Positions 1 to 34,661 of a stretch of 64,000 bases of DNA are shown one piece after another. The translations under genes and the position numbers were made by a program. The notes under the pieces were generated by a model. It was not told the DNA's origin. It searched no databases and saw nothing but the letters and a program-made list of their open reading frames with translations. Source of the DNA: Chrysomallon squamiferum (lineage: Eukaryota; Animalia; Mollusca). Each line of letters opens with the position of its first letter. The first letter of the stretch is position 1. Location of the stretch: contig CM022674.1 of the NCBI GenBank assembly GCA_012295275.1, positions 1,984,001-2,048,000 of the forward strand, given 5' to 3'.

Positions 1-30
1 CTGCTTCAGAAAGTGATTGCATGTCAATCA

Positions 31-243
31 GTCACGTGACACCGCTGAGATATCGCCCCTTCCTCTATGTGGAATGTGACGTCACTTGTCATTTTAATCG
101 ATTACCGAGACGTCTGCTACCAACGCAGCTTCACCAGACGGGAGAACCACGTGACGCGGTTCGACAACGAGGCTGCGGTTTGATATACGTCTGCTAAAGC
201 AGCATGAAATCAAAATTATTAAACTAACAGTGCGTCTGTAAGT
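31..243 (+). promoter_or_regulatory. Candidate promoter and non-coding first exon of the NIT guanylyl cyclase gene
   Basis: CpG-containing non-repetitive stretch with E-boxes GTCACGTGAC (31-40) and CACGTGAC (148-155), CRE TGACGTCA (77-84) and a GTAAGT donor at 238-243. The first coding exon has an acceptor (TTTCAG ending 4143) 14 nt before its ATG, so an upstream exon is needed. Linking the two is inference. Confidence 0.4.
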
Positions 244-684
244 ATGTTTACGGAAATTGTCGTCGGTTTTAAAGTTAACAGTTTACGTTTTCATTTGACG
301 AAATATTGTGTTATGTGCTAGGTTAGGTTTAACGTTACGGCTTGCTTTTTCAGCTGTATGTTTCAATATGCGCGTGCATGTGAAGGTAGCTGGTTTTTTT
401 TGTTTTTTTGTGCCTATGCGTAGTGTATATGTTTTTTGCCTACGTAAACTTGTATTCGTTTCTGTTAAGTGTTTCTGTGTGAATGTGTTGAGTGTAAACG
501 TGATCGCGCATGGATCAACTTAACTAGTATATTGGTATAATATTTTTATTTATTTATTTATTTTTTTTTTTTTTCTCACTATTGTCATTGGCTTGGGTTG
601 AGGTTAATGCGTATTAAAATCGTGTGAACAAAGTTTAAACTGATGAAACGAATATTAGTCATCGTGAAAGCCAAATTAATTTTA

Positions 685-734
685 TGTTATTATTATTATT
701 GTTGTTATTGTTGATATTATAATTATTGTTATTC

Positions 735-792
<58 letters not shown>

Positions 793-915
793 TACTATTA
801 CTACTTATTATTGTTATTGTTGCTGTTGTTGTTATCATTATTATTATTATTTTCATTACTATTATTGTTGTTGTCGTTGTTGTTATTATTTTCATTATTA
901 CTGTTGTTACTGTTG

Positions 916-961
<46 letters not shown>

Positions 962-1815
962 TCTTTCTCAGTTGTATGGTTTCTTTACATTGTTTTTATT
1001 CTACATGTATTTTGGGATTAAAACGTGTTATTCTGAGGATATAAGAAATTACAGTTAACTCTGTACTGATGTTGACAACGACATTACTTTGCCTACGGCA
1101 GCAACTAAAATGTTTGTTCGACTTTTGTTTTTCTGTTGTTGCTGTCGTTGTAATTACTGTTTGTTGTTCATTATTTATTTTATTTTATTTTATTTTATTT
1201 TATTTTATTTTATTTTGTTTATTTATTTGGCACTTTTTTTTGATATTCTGTTGATGCTGATGATGATTTTCATCATCTTGATGTTGATGATGATCATCAT
1301 CATCATCATCATCATCATCATCTGCGTTAGCAATAGTTTTCAGAGGAGGTGGCGATTGGAGTAGTAGTAGTAATAGTAGTAGTAGTAGTGGTAGCAGTAG
1401 TAGTAGTCGTAGTAGTAGTAGTTATAGTAGTAGTAGTAGTGGTGTTGTAGCAGCAGCAGTAGTAGTAGTATTAGTTTTAGTAGTAGTACTAATAGTAGTA
1501 ATAGTAGTGGTAGTAATAGTGGTGGTAGGAGTAGTAGTAGTAGTAGTTGTAGTAGTACTAATAGTACTAATAGTAGTAATAGTAGTTATAGTAGTGGTAG
1601 TAGTAGTGGTGGTAGCAGTAGTAGTAGTAGTAGTTGTAGTAGTACTAATAGTAATAATAGTAGTGGTAGTAGTAGTGGTGGTCGCAGTAGTAATATATTA
1701 CTGTTATTACTTAACTACACTACAACTGCTACTACTACTAGTTATGTTGTTGTTGCTGCAATTGTTATTACTATATTATTATCATCACCATCACTATATT
1801 ACTACTACTATTATT
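685..1815. repeat. Compound microsatellite block: (ATT)n, (GTT)n, (ATTTT)n, (CAT)n, (AGT)n
   Basis: Simple repeats directly visible; they produce the poly-L/I/V/N ORFs in the track. Confidence 0.9.
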
Positions 1816-2127
1816 CTCGTTGTTTACATTGCTAATTATTTATAATGTTATTGTCATTTAATAAATTAATCATCTGTTTCTTATTTTAAATTTATTTTTC
1901 TGTTGTGTAAGTTGTAACGTTCACAGCTTGAGGCTACAATTAGAGTGACAGATAATTTGACTTGTTAACTTTTTTTTAACCTGTTTTTAAGTTCATTCCT
2001 TTTTTTTTTTTTTAAAGATTTTCAAAAATTCCTATAGTATTAATATGTAAGTTATTTATCAATGAACGAGTCTGTATTTAACAAGCCATAAAATAGTCTT
2101 CAGTTGAACTATTTTGTGCTATGTATC

Positions 2128-2181
<54 letters not shown>

Positions 2182-2206
2182 GCAGGATTTTCATTTTGTT
2201 TTAGTT

Positions 2207-2249
<43 letters not shown>

Positions 2250-2424
2250 TTTGTTTATTTTGATGCTAACCGATTTTATTTTGTTCTGCTTTCACTCGAA
2301 CGGTTCCTCTTACGTATAAGCAATAAGGATTTTCTATATGTGCCTACTCATAGTTGGAAAATATATATCACAGCGTTTGATAAGGAGTCATTGAGCACCG
2401 GTATAACGATGGATGGTACATACA

Positions 2425-2748
2425 TGAACCGAACAAGATACACCCTGCAGCCACTGTATTAGCTGTTCTTGACAATTAGCAGAAAGTAATCTTCTATATG
2501 TACCTTCCCATAAGCAGGAGAATGCACCACTACACATTCATTGTTCACTGGTGTAAACTGAAATGTATACATCCGAATATGCATGATTTGATCCTGGACC
2601 AATACTATTGGCTATTCTTAACGTTTAGCCGAAAGTAGTTTTTTTTATATGCACCTTTCCATGGACAGCGAAAATGTATAACAGCAGAAACTGATAAAAG
2701 ACTATCTGTGGTGGACTAGCGTAAAAAAAAGAAGAAAAAAAAAGAGAA

Positions 2749-2787
<39 letters not shown>

Positions 2788-2876
2788 ATATAATAAATAA
2801 AATAAAATAAAATAAAATTAAGGACTGACAGCGTCTCAGACGCTTGCTCTGACCACTGAGCTATGATGCGGTCCTT
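2425..2876 (-). mobile_element. Degenerate tRNA-derived SINE copies (Nin-domain-like mollusc SINE)
   Basis: The reverse complement of 2820-2876 has a tRNA-like head with A-box TAGCTCAGTGG resembling the head at 8347. Two body remnants (TATATGTACCTTCCCATAAGCAGGA, TATATGCACCTTTCCATGGACAG) lie at about 2490 and 2645. Family assignment is from memory of mollusc SINEs. Confidence 0.5.
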
Positions 2877-3334
2877 GAGGGTGTACAGACGAACAGACGT
2901 CTGTAACACACATTAGCAAACAGATTTCGTGTACATCATGTCTAACACGGACCTCGCTGATCCTCGTTAATAACAAAACACAATCAATACTCGGATATTT
3001 ATTTCATTAAGTATCTTGTTAAAATTATAATGATACTATTGATAACAGTGAGCTTGATAGTAGTATTAACGAGTATGAGTTTGATAGACCGATGATTAAT
3101 TAATGATAATTATGATGATTAGTAATGATGATGATGATAATCATTAAAATGATATTGGTGATGGTAATGATAAGAAGAATCCTTATAATGATGATGATTA
3201 TGATAATGATACTAAAAAAATGATTATGATAATATTGATATTAACAGTACTGGTGATTATAAACAACAATTCTACTACTACTACTAGCACTACTACTACA
3301 ACTACTACTAATACCACTACTGCCACTGCTACTA

Positions 3335-3373
<39 letters not shown>

Positions 3374-3990
3374 TACTACAGCTACTAGACCTACCACTAA
3401 TAATAGTAATAATAATAATAATAATAATGACGACGATGATAATAACAATGATGATGATCATCATCATTATCATCATGACGGTAATGATTTAGATCATCTC
3501 TCGTTTTTCACAGTCAATCAGTTTGTACATTGAAATATTAAAGATTTTTAATTCGATCTATAACGAGGAATTATTTGTTTTATAAATATAGCTGCTTGAC
3601 GGAAATAATTATGATGCATAATTGTCATGAAGCAAGCAGACTTGTATTTCCTCTAACATTTTAAGTGAAAATTGATGAGAAATATAATCAGTTTCTACGT
3701 GTTAATGTGTATTACATCATTTTTGTTTTTTGAACTTTTTATCGTTATTATTATTATTATCATTTTTTTAAATTTTATTTGAAGTTACAATCAAATATTT
3801 TAATACAGATATAGATAGATAGATAGAAACAGATATATATTAAGCTTGTTATAATTTATTATTATTATTATTATTATTGTTGTTTTTGTTGTTGTAATTG
3901 TTGTTACACTTGTTTAACTGACACACACACATACATATATACATATATACATACATACATACATACAAACACACATACATACAAACACAC

Positions 3991-4050
<60 letters not shown>

Positions 4051-4157
4051 ACATATACAAAACTATGCTATCACTGTCGACTCTACAGAACATTATCTAT
4101 TTCTTTCTTCTTCTTTTTTTTCTTTTATTGCAAAATATTTCAGAGTAAAACGTCACC

Positions 4158-10181
<6,024 letters not shown>

Positions 10182-10915
10182 CGTCTGTTCTTGTGTTTCG
10201 TGAATAAAACCTTATATATATATATATATATACAATTTCAGACTTGGCCTTTTACTTTCGTAATTATATTTATTATTGTCATATTTTCGTAGCTGTGAAA
10301 CAAAACTGTCTATTCATTCGGAAACGTACACAGCATGGCACACTTATCAAACTGACTTACAGTGAAGTTCGTCTGTCTTATTTTCCTTCCCTGATTTATC
10401 AGTTAATCCATTTATAGCATCTATGTTACATGTTTGTTGGGGTTTTTGGTGGTTATTATTATTGTTCTTATTGTTATTTATATATTTATAAATGTTACAA
10501 TATTTAAATACGTAATTCTAAACAAGTATCAAAAAAACATCTGTAAAAATGCACACATTTTTTTCTTTCTTTACATATATGTATGTGTGTGTGTATTGAC
10601 GTAAAGGTGATCTCTCTCTCTCTCTCTTTGCCTGTCACTAACTGTTTGTGTTTCCTTATATGTGAAAATGGAACAGAATGTTATAATTATTATTTTAAAA
10701 TTTTCACGTGCAGCTAGATCTGATGTCTCTTGCTTTCTTTCACTGTTGTCAGAAATTTGTATTCGTCCTTGACATTCTGTGGATTCGTATTTGTGGAAGC
10801 AATATTATTAATGTGATTGTCTAGTTTCGTAAATCGAGGATTAGACTGATTGATGACTTCGGTTTCACTCTTAACAAAGGAAATATAAAGTTTTTTAAAT
10901 AAAATAAATAAATAA

Positions 10916-10957
<42 letters not shown>

Positions 10958-11029
10958 ATAATAATAATACCGTTGACTTGCTATCTATGAGATGTATGAC
11001 CAGTGATTTATAAAGTTGTTATTATTATT

Positions 11030-11092
<63 letters not shown>

Positions 11093-11729
11093 ATTATTAT
11101 TATTTTAGTTATTATTAAACGCGTATAATGCGAAATGTGTTTGAATTAAAGTAACAAAGTTTAAAAAAATAATAATAATAAAAATAATAAATAAAATATA
11201 AAATAAAAAGAAATAAAATAAATAAATAATTTTAAGAAGTAATACGTAGATATCACTGAAGGTTGGGATAACGTCGTTACATGAAACACGCACATTAATA
11301 ATAATTTTGTAACCGTAGATATCCGACTTACGTGAAAATAAGCTGAATCGATATATTAGAAATTAGTCTCACTTATATTTGAAGTCTAGTATTTAATACA
11401 GACCATCTTCATTCAGTGCTTAATCCACAATCATTGTGGCTGTTTTCTATTTAGGCTCACTAATTAGATATACTGACAAAGCAGTTCCGGTTTTGTGTAA
11501 CTGTCCAATCCAAGCTTTTGTAACAAATGCACTTTTACCGATTGAAACATTTTTTTTACAGGTATTAACGTATGAACAGGGGAGGTAATTAGAGTGCTTT
11601 CAAACAGCTGATTGACGTAGGCAGTCTGGTGTTTTCCGAAACGTAAATTAGGCAATTCACGCCTAATTAATTCATCGTGGTTTCCTTCAGTAGAGAAATA
11701 AAAACTCAGCAGTATTAATAAATAAGTTG

Positions 11730-11966
11730 TTTTCTTTTAATGTCCTTGTAATTTGGGATGAACATGCAATACATACCGGAAATAGATTATGTCTTGGTGT
11801 CAAGTTTGTGTCTGTGACATTTTGCGAATTATTTATTATTAATAGTAGTATCAGTAGTAACAATAGTAATGGTTGTAGCAGTAGTAGTAGTAGTTGTTGT
11901 TGTAGTAATAATAGCAGTAGAGGTAATAGCAATAGTAGAAGTAGCAGTAGCCGTAGTAGTAGTAGC

Positions 11967-12003
<37 letters not shown>

Positions 12004-12062
12004 ATAATAATAGCAGTAGAGGTAAAAGCAATAGTAGAAGTAGCAGTAGCCGTAGTAGTACC

Positions 12063-12112
<50 letters not shown>

Positions 12113-13480
12113 ACACAACAGAATTCAAAAATAAGTTATTATAATGTTTTTGTAACTTGTTATGACCATGCAATAGTAACGATACCGGAAATACATCCTC
12201 ATCTTTGACCCATACCAATTTGGACTTCTACGAAATAAATAATTTTATTGTTGTACAGATTTATACAGTATTTTTAAAGATGGCGTCGCCCATTTCCTGC
12301 ACTGCACAGTGCATGCCGGGAGTTGGGGTTTTTGTGGGGTTTTTGTCGAATCACATGAGCCTCTTGCCCAACAAAACGTGCGAGAACAACCCATTTGATA
12401 CATAATTTTGATAATTCAGTCATTCAGAATGATTCCATGCATATTTAAATTTTAAAAACATGGCGCCTTAGCGGACTTCTGAGGTAGGAAAGATGGTGTG
12501 ACTGGCATAAACCCTGAACTCTCTTTGGGTTTCAAACGCAATAGTTTGTAAAATATAAACATACCTTCTGCTTATTGTGAGTTTTATGACGTTAAAATAG
12601 GTTTTTAGTTACAATGAACTGGTCATGTTTGCAAGTTGAAATTTTTACTAGAAAGTCGTGATGTTGCTATGGCAATGTCCGGCCACGACGATTTGTGTTC
12701 AGTATTATTTTTCCCTGTGATAAGGGACACTTTCGCTCGACCCCTCAGATGTCCCTATTAGACAGGTACTACTGTATTATTATTATTAGCAGTAGTAGTA
12801 GTAGTATAAGGTGGTGGTGGTAGTGGTTGTGGTGGTGATAATGGTAGTAGTGATGATAGTAGTGGTCGTAGTAATAGTAGTAGTTGTAGCAGTAATAATA
12901 TCAGTATTGGTATAGTACTAGTAGTAGTAATAGGAATATTAGCGGTAATGGTAACAGTTATACTTTCTTTATTATTTTGCTGTCTTTCCCTTCTTTTTAA
13001 TATAGCAGAATGCATCTAATGATGATACATGCTTTTGTAGATTGTTTTTCCTTTCCAATGCCAGTAATAAACGTTTAAAATGAAGAATTATCAGTATTCA
13101 AAAATAAGTTAATTTAATGTTTTTGTAACTTGTTATGACCATGCAATAGTATCGACACCGGAAATACATGCAATAGTATACTTTTTTATATTTTATTTAA
13201 AGAGATGTCTGTTTATATATCCATTTTTAAGAATATTGTTATGATTAGAAGTAGTAGTAGTAGTAGTAGAATTAGTAGTTGTGGTAGTACTAATAGCAGT
13301 AGTAGCTGTAGTTGTAGTAGTTATATTTTAGTTATTATATGACTACGTTTTTCTTATTTTTAATATGACAACCGAAACATCTAAATAATATATGCTTTTG
13401 TAGATTACTATTATTATCATTATTATTGCTGCTGTTGTTTTTTTTTTTTTTTTTCAGCTACTAATAATAAAGGTTTATTA
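11730..13480. repeat. Old compound tandem duplication: a unit of about 75 bp interleaved with (AGT)n
   Basis: TTCAAAAATAAGTTA...GTAACTTGTTATGACCATGCAATAGTA...CCGGAAATACAT at about 12124 and 13097, with a decayed copy at about 11745; a second shared segment ATGCTTTTGTAGATT at about 13029 and 13392. Confidence 0.7.
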
Positions 13481-14440
13481 TAACAAAACAGAGATAAAAT
13501 ATTATTTTCTATCTTATCTGACATAATTACAGAAATTTCATTGATCTGCAGCCGACAACTCTGTAAACTGGAAGACACCAATCCCTTGAGTTAAGGGATT
13601 TTAGACCCAACCCTATAATGAAACAAACGGTTTAGCTTTTTTTTTTCTCTCTGTCTCTTTTTTAACACACGTACATGATTATATGTAAACACAATAAGAA
13701 ATATTTTGTTCTTATGTATGTATATTTATTTATTTCAAACGGCTCAATAAACAAAAAGATTTCTCCACAATTTTTTCTGGTGATTATATTGTTGCTCTAT
13801 ATAGATAAAAGCGAGATATAAAAAAAAAGAAGAAAATAAATAAATAAAAAAATATAAAAAATAAAATAAACCCTAGATCAAATAATGGACTGTATTAAAA
13901 CAGTATTTATTTATTTATTATCATTATTACTTTAATACGTTTTATTCCAACATATTATTTATTTATATATATATTTTTTTTTACGGTACATCGGCTTCCG
14001 GGAAACCCGGATTACCTCCCCTTGATCTTAGGCCTGTCATTTCAACTTGCAAGCATAGATGGAGCCAGAAAAAAAAAAAAAAAAATAAACGAAATAAATA
14101 AATAAAAACAGAGTAAGTTCTCCTTTTTTTCTCTTTTAAAAAAATATTAGATTAAAGCTTTTCTTTTAAATTCCTGAATAATTTTTTTTTAATTGTTACT
14201 TCAACCTTTATCGTAAATGTTCATAAAATGTCGTAAAGGATTTACGTATTTTATGTAAATAAATAATTTTAAATTGCTCTTATGTATATAAATTTATTAA
14301 ATAAATAAATAATAATAATAATAATAATAAAATACCTGTGATAAACGTACACCTTTCAGTAAATGTGAGTAGTCTGTTTATTATTAAACACAATTCAACG
14401 ATCAATACGTTAAGATTGTGTTTTTATTATTTTTTTATCT

Positions 14441-14475
<35 letters not shown>

Positions 14476-15129
14476 GAATTACCTCTGACATGGCAGAGAA
14501 ATGATTGACTTCGATGCTACCTTGAATATATGATTGTGGGAATAACTGGTTTAAATATAATAATACTGTATTCCAATATATTCCAAGCCAGAATTTTAAA
14601 ATGACAAAATTCAGGTATTAACAGTATGTGTAAGCACAAGGAATAATATTCTGAACATAGTGTTATTGACAAATAATAAAATTATTTTTAATTTTTGAAA
14701 AGGTAACTACTACTAATAATAATATTACTACTAATAATAGTGGTATCAGTGGTTGTAATAATAATAGCAGTAGTAGTAGTAGAAGTAATAATAATAATAA
14801 TAATAATAATAGGAGTAGTAGTAGTAAAAAAATAAATACAACTAAGAAACAAAATTAAAAAAAAAAAAAAGACAGAGAAGAAATTCAGATGTTCAGAAAA
14901 ACAAAAATGAAAAATTTTTCAGCAATGATTTTCAAAAAATATATTTATACTTTTTCTTTTTAATGAATTGTTTATCAGAATTACAAATGTTTCACATTGT
15001 TTGAATAGTTCATTTAATTTTAGATTGTCACAGACCCATAATATAATTTTTTTGTTGTTGTTTTCCATTCATTCACTGAAAGTTCACTTAATGTTGTTCA
15101 GATCCAACTAACAATATCATCTCCACGAA

Positions 15130-15620
15130 AGATGTTGAATGAATATTCGGGGTTTGTGTCCGTTAAACTAAAGTGTCCTGAATATAGTGTTCTCATTTAT
15201 TATTAAGGTGCCTGGTGTACGTGGTTTATGTGGCACGTTTTAAAAGCCATCTGATAGAATAAGCTATCCATTGTACAGTTTGTCCGTTAAATAAGGTATC
15301 TACTGTAGACAGTTTCACATTAGTTAAAACACGATATCCCTTTACACATTTGTTTGTCAAACTAAGGTGTCCTGTTTAGACAGAATGTCATACTCAAACC
15401 ATCATTTCAACCCTGTTTGTTAATAAAAGATGTCCACTTTTCACAGTTCAAGTGGGAAACTGAGGTGTCCAGAATACACAGATTGTCCACTTCAGTCAGC
15501 CGTTGTCCAATAATCAAAGGTGTCCCATATTCACAGTTTATATGGCAAACAAAGGTGTCCAGTGCAGTCAGCTCTTACAAATGAGGTGTCCACTTTAAAC
15601 AGTGCATCTGTCAAATCCTA
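15130..15620. repeat. Degenerate tandem array of an AAGGTGTCC...ACAG motif (transposon-end-like) downstream of the WDR33 stop
   Basis: About 9-12 diverged units, e.g. CTAAGGTGTCCTGTTTAGACAG, TGAGGTGTCCAGAATACACAG and AAAGGTGTCCCATATTCACAG. Confidence 0.65.
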
Positions 15621-15764
15621 ATGTGGTAATTTTGTTAATGTGGTATGTGTGTGTAGAAAGTAAAAAAAGAAAAAATAATAATGCAGCCATCTTTTCTTAA
15701 AATACTACACAGTTGGTGAAAAAGTAATGCACAGACACGTGGAAAAAAAGGTAACAAAATAATC

Positions 15765-16640
15765 TAAAAACTCAACATGACTCAAAACTAGGACTCGGAT
15801 AACTCAAATTTGTTTCCTTTGACTCAAATATGTGGCTCAGATGTCTCAAAAGCAACTCAAAATAAGTTACTCAAATTCATTTTTTTTACACCTCTGACAC
15901 GAAAACAAAGACAAAAAAAAAAAAAAAAAAATGTGATAGAGAAATTCCAATAACAAACATTAATACTTCAGTAAATTACTCAAAGTATGACTCAAACTCA
16001 TGAGTCAAACATTTGATTTTAAACACTTAAGAGTGACGTGGCTCAAAATCCTGATCAAGACGACTAACTCAAATTGCTCACTCAAAATCCTAAATGAAAT
16101 TTCTGACTATAAAAAAAAAAAAAATCTTGATTCAGGTACAGACCTGGAGAGTACAAATAAAAAATAAAAAAACACACAAACATTTGTCTCAAGGGATACA
16201 AAATTCAGAATATCTGAATACTTGGCTCAGAAACTGAACTCAAATGCTTGACTCAGAAACTGAACTTAAATGCTCGACTCAGATACTGAACTCAAATGTT
16301 GAATCAGAAGCTGAATTCATATGTTTGGCTCAGATACCGAACTCAAATGCTTTGAGTCAGATACTGAAATGAAATGCTCGACTCATACAAAACTCAAATG
16401 CTTGATTTGGATCCTCATCTCATAAATGTATCTCAGATATCAAACACATGGGTCAAATACTTAACTTACACATTTGATTCAAATTCTAAACTCAAGCATG
16501 ACTCAGACAATACACTCACATGTTTGAGTCATAGAAAACTTTAATAATAAATGACTGACTCCAGTATGAGTATGCTTGACTCTGGCACCAGGCACAATAG
16601 TTCACTCAATGTACTTAACTCAATCATTCAGTGAGTTTAT
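15765..16640. repeat. Degenerate 13/26-bp tandem repeat (CTTGACTCAGATACTGAACTCAAATG), putative WDR33 3' UTR
   Basis: About seven well-preserved 26-bp units at 16221-16400, with decayed ACTCAAA-containing units on both sides. Confidence 0.8.
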
Positions 16641-17108
16641 CAGCAAAATAATTAATGCCACTAATTTTTATTTTTATTTTACATGTTCTCACACACAAAA
16701 AAATGACATCCATTTGAGCAATGAATGAACGAATGTGTGAACTATCAAAATAGATGAATTAACTGGACAATGAATGGATGGATGAATGAATGAACGAACG
16801 AATGAAAGAATGGGCTGCATGGGTGAAACGGTGAACAAGATGAACGTGAGAAATGAAAAATTCAGAAAAAAAAAAAAAAAAAAATGTGTTTTTCTTTCTT
16901 GGTGGATGGTCATTATAAAAAAAAAAAACCACTCTCAATCACTATCTCTTCATAGAAAGACACACTTCATCTTTATCAGTGTGTTATTCTTTTTTTTTTT
17001 TAAACACTAGCAGAGACATTTATATATTTCCTTGAGGTCTCAAGAGGTCAAGTCTCGAAGTCACGTTACCGAAGAATTTCGAAAACTCAAACACAGACGT
17101 ATTTAACA

Positions 17109-32410
<15,302 letters not shown>

Positions 32411-33089
32411 TTTTGAGACTGAAAAATAATATTTATATTCACTTTAAAATGTAAAAAGCAAAAAAAGAAGAAGATATAATTATATTTTTAACTAAACAAA
32501 ACTGATTATTAGTTTTGGCATTGTATTTGTTAGCCTGCTGTTATATGATTAAGGATTAAAAAGATATAATAATAAATTTGTTGTTTTCTTTGTACCTTTT
32601 ACAAAAGAAAATATATTCTTTTATTATCCCAATGCAACTTTTAGAAGCTCATTTTTTTTAATCTTTAGTCTTTTCTTGATGATACATTCATAAAATGTTT
32701 TTATTTATCATTATTTACCATTTTGTTTTTTCAACCTCGTTTTTAATACAAAATGAAACAACAAAACCTAATCAGATTACGTTATAAGATATTACATTAC
32801 AGCAGCTCTTGTAAAGAAAACAGGTCACTGTCAAGATTTGACACTCAACTTAGTAACTAGTATTTTAACTGTTGACTGGTGATTTCCAGCCACAATTTAC
32901 ATATATTTATTATTGGTTATTTTAACATATATGCTGTTCCAATAACATAAAACTGTATTTTGAATGATCGTTTTAAACTGGAAGATAAATATCATGATGA
33001 GTGCAATAAATGTTTATAAGCATTTATGTCTTTTGGAGTCTATTTTTAAAAATCTAAACTGAGCTCTAAAGATACCAGCGTTAGGCCAA

Positions 33090-34661
33090 ACGCTTACATT
33101 AAATCACAAAAGATGTTCCTTGATTTATTTGGTTAACTTCATCTTCATTTCCCAATAAATGTTAGTGAACGAAACAGACTAGGGTTTTAACATCGTCTTT
33201 TATTTTTGCATACAAAAACCAAGATCGTTACAGCATGCCGTTTCTTATCAAAAGCAAATGGCGGAAATTATAGTGAAAAAGAAAAAGTAGGGAATACTAT
33301 CGTGTATAGAAATCTTAAACGAATCAAGAATGTATTTCAATTTCAACAAAACATTGCATAGTATTATAACAATTATAATAAATATATAAATAACATTAAC
33401 ATTCTAATAAAGGCTACTAAAGATATATAAAATATTCATAACTATTGTGAAATGATTATTAAACTGAATTTTTAAATTGTGTTGTTTCCTTTAGTAAGCT
33501 GTTTCATATTTTTGCTTTTTTTTATCATTCGGTACAGTTCGACGAATTCCGTAACTCTCCCGAGAAAAATAATAATGATAAAAAAAAAAAAAAAAAAAAA
33601 AAACGGTAACTTTCTACGGGTATTATTTCTGAGCTCAAACCGCAAAAGGAATTTTCTTAGTAAAATCCAGTTTTCCAAAGCACTAATTTGAGAACCTAGT
33701 AATGTGTATTAATGCACGTATGAACAATATATATACATATATTTAAATTACATTTTAGACAATTCTTTCTTTATTTTATTTTAAGGAAATACACGAAAAG
33801 AAGTACTAGGAAATTGTGTAAATGATTCAAAAGCATATTTTAAAATTTAAATCACTAAATCATAACCACCACCACCACCACAACAACAACAACAGCAGCA
33901 AGCAAATAATAGTTGCAATATCAAACGTCATGTAAAATTATTTACTAATATTGGATAGGTGATCTATTTATATGTATTAATATATATTTGTTTGTTTGTT
34001 TGACATGTTTATATAAACACCACCGACTCACTAATCATATAACATGTTCCACAATTGCACTAAATTTACGTTAATGATATTTCCAATGATATTTAAATTA
34101 TTAAATCCAATAATCAATTTATGAATAATAATAATGTAATATTAATAGATTTAAAAATAAATAAATAAATAATAATAATAATAATAATAATTTGTTGCAT
34201 TATCACCAACAGTGTAAATAACCATATGTATTGTGTTTTCCTTGGTTGCTCACTGAATAAGTTTGGTGGCCACAGAAATTTCTAATGTTTACTCTTTTTG
34301 TTCTACGAAGATATGTCAGAACAGAAATTAAAGAAATATTTGAACATAAAGTTACGTATCTAAAATCAGCAATGTCCTGCAGACCAGTTTCAATGGTACA
34401 CATCACTGCTACCGATGGCAATACAATCATTTGATTGGTTAACGACTTCTACCGAAGAGAGGTCTAGGTGATTGTATTAATATCGCCATCTTGTAAATAG
34501 GGTTCTGGACAAATACGGATGTTATTTTGACATTAATACATGAACGCGTCTTTTGTATTTAGTTTCATTTCGTTCTGACACCTTTAGATACCCCGTTTTA
34601 GTTTAGTTTTTATTTTGTTTTTGATACAAATCTTTAAAAAAAAAGAAAAGAAAAAAAAAAA
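33090..34661. promoter_or_regulatory. Divergent (bidirectional) promoter region between WDR33 and SSU72
   Basis: The start codons point away from each other, 2.25 kb apart. YY1-like motifs AAATGGCGG (about 33256) and CGCCATCTT (about 34484), ATTGG (CCAAT) at about 34434, and a candidate WDR33 non-coding exon donor (GTAAGC on the minus strand) at about 33092-33097. Confidence 0.55.

Noticed and set aside
659-3492. Poly-L/I/V/T/N ORFs (also 11687-12218, 44789-45070, 60459-60854)
   Set aside because: Translations of tri- and dinucleotide microsatellites.
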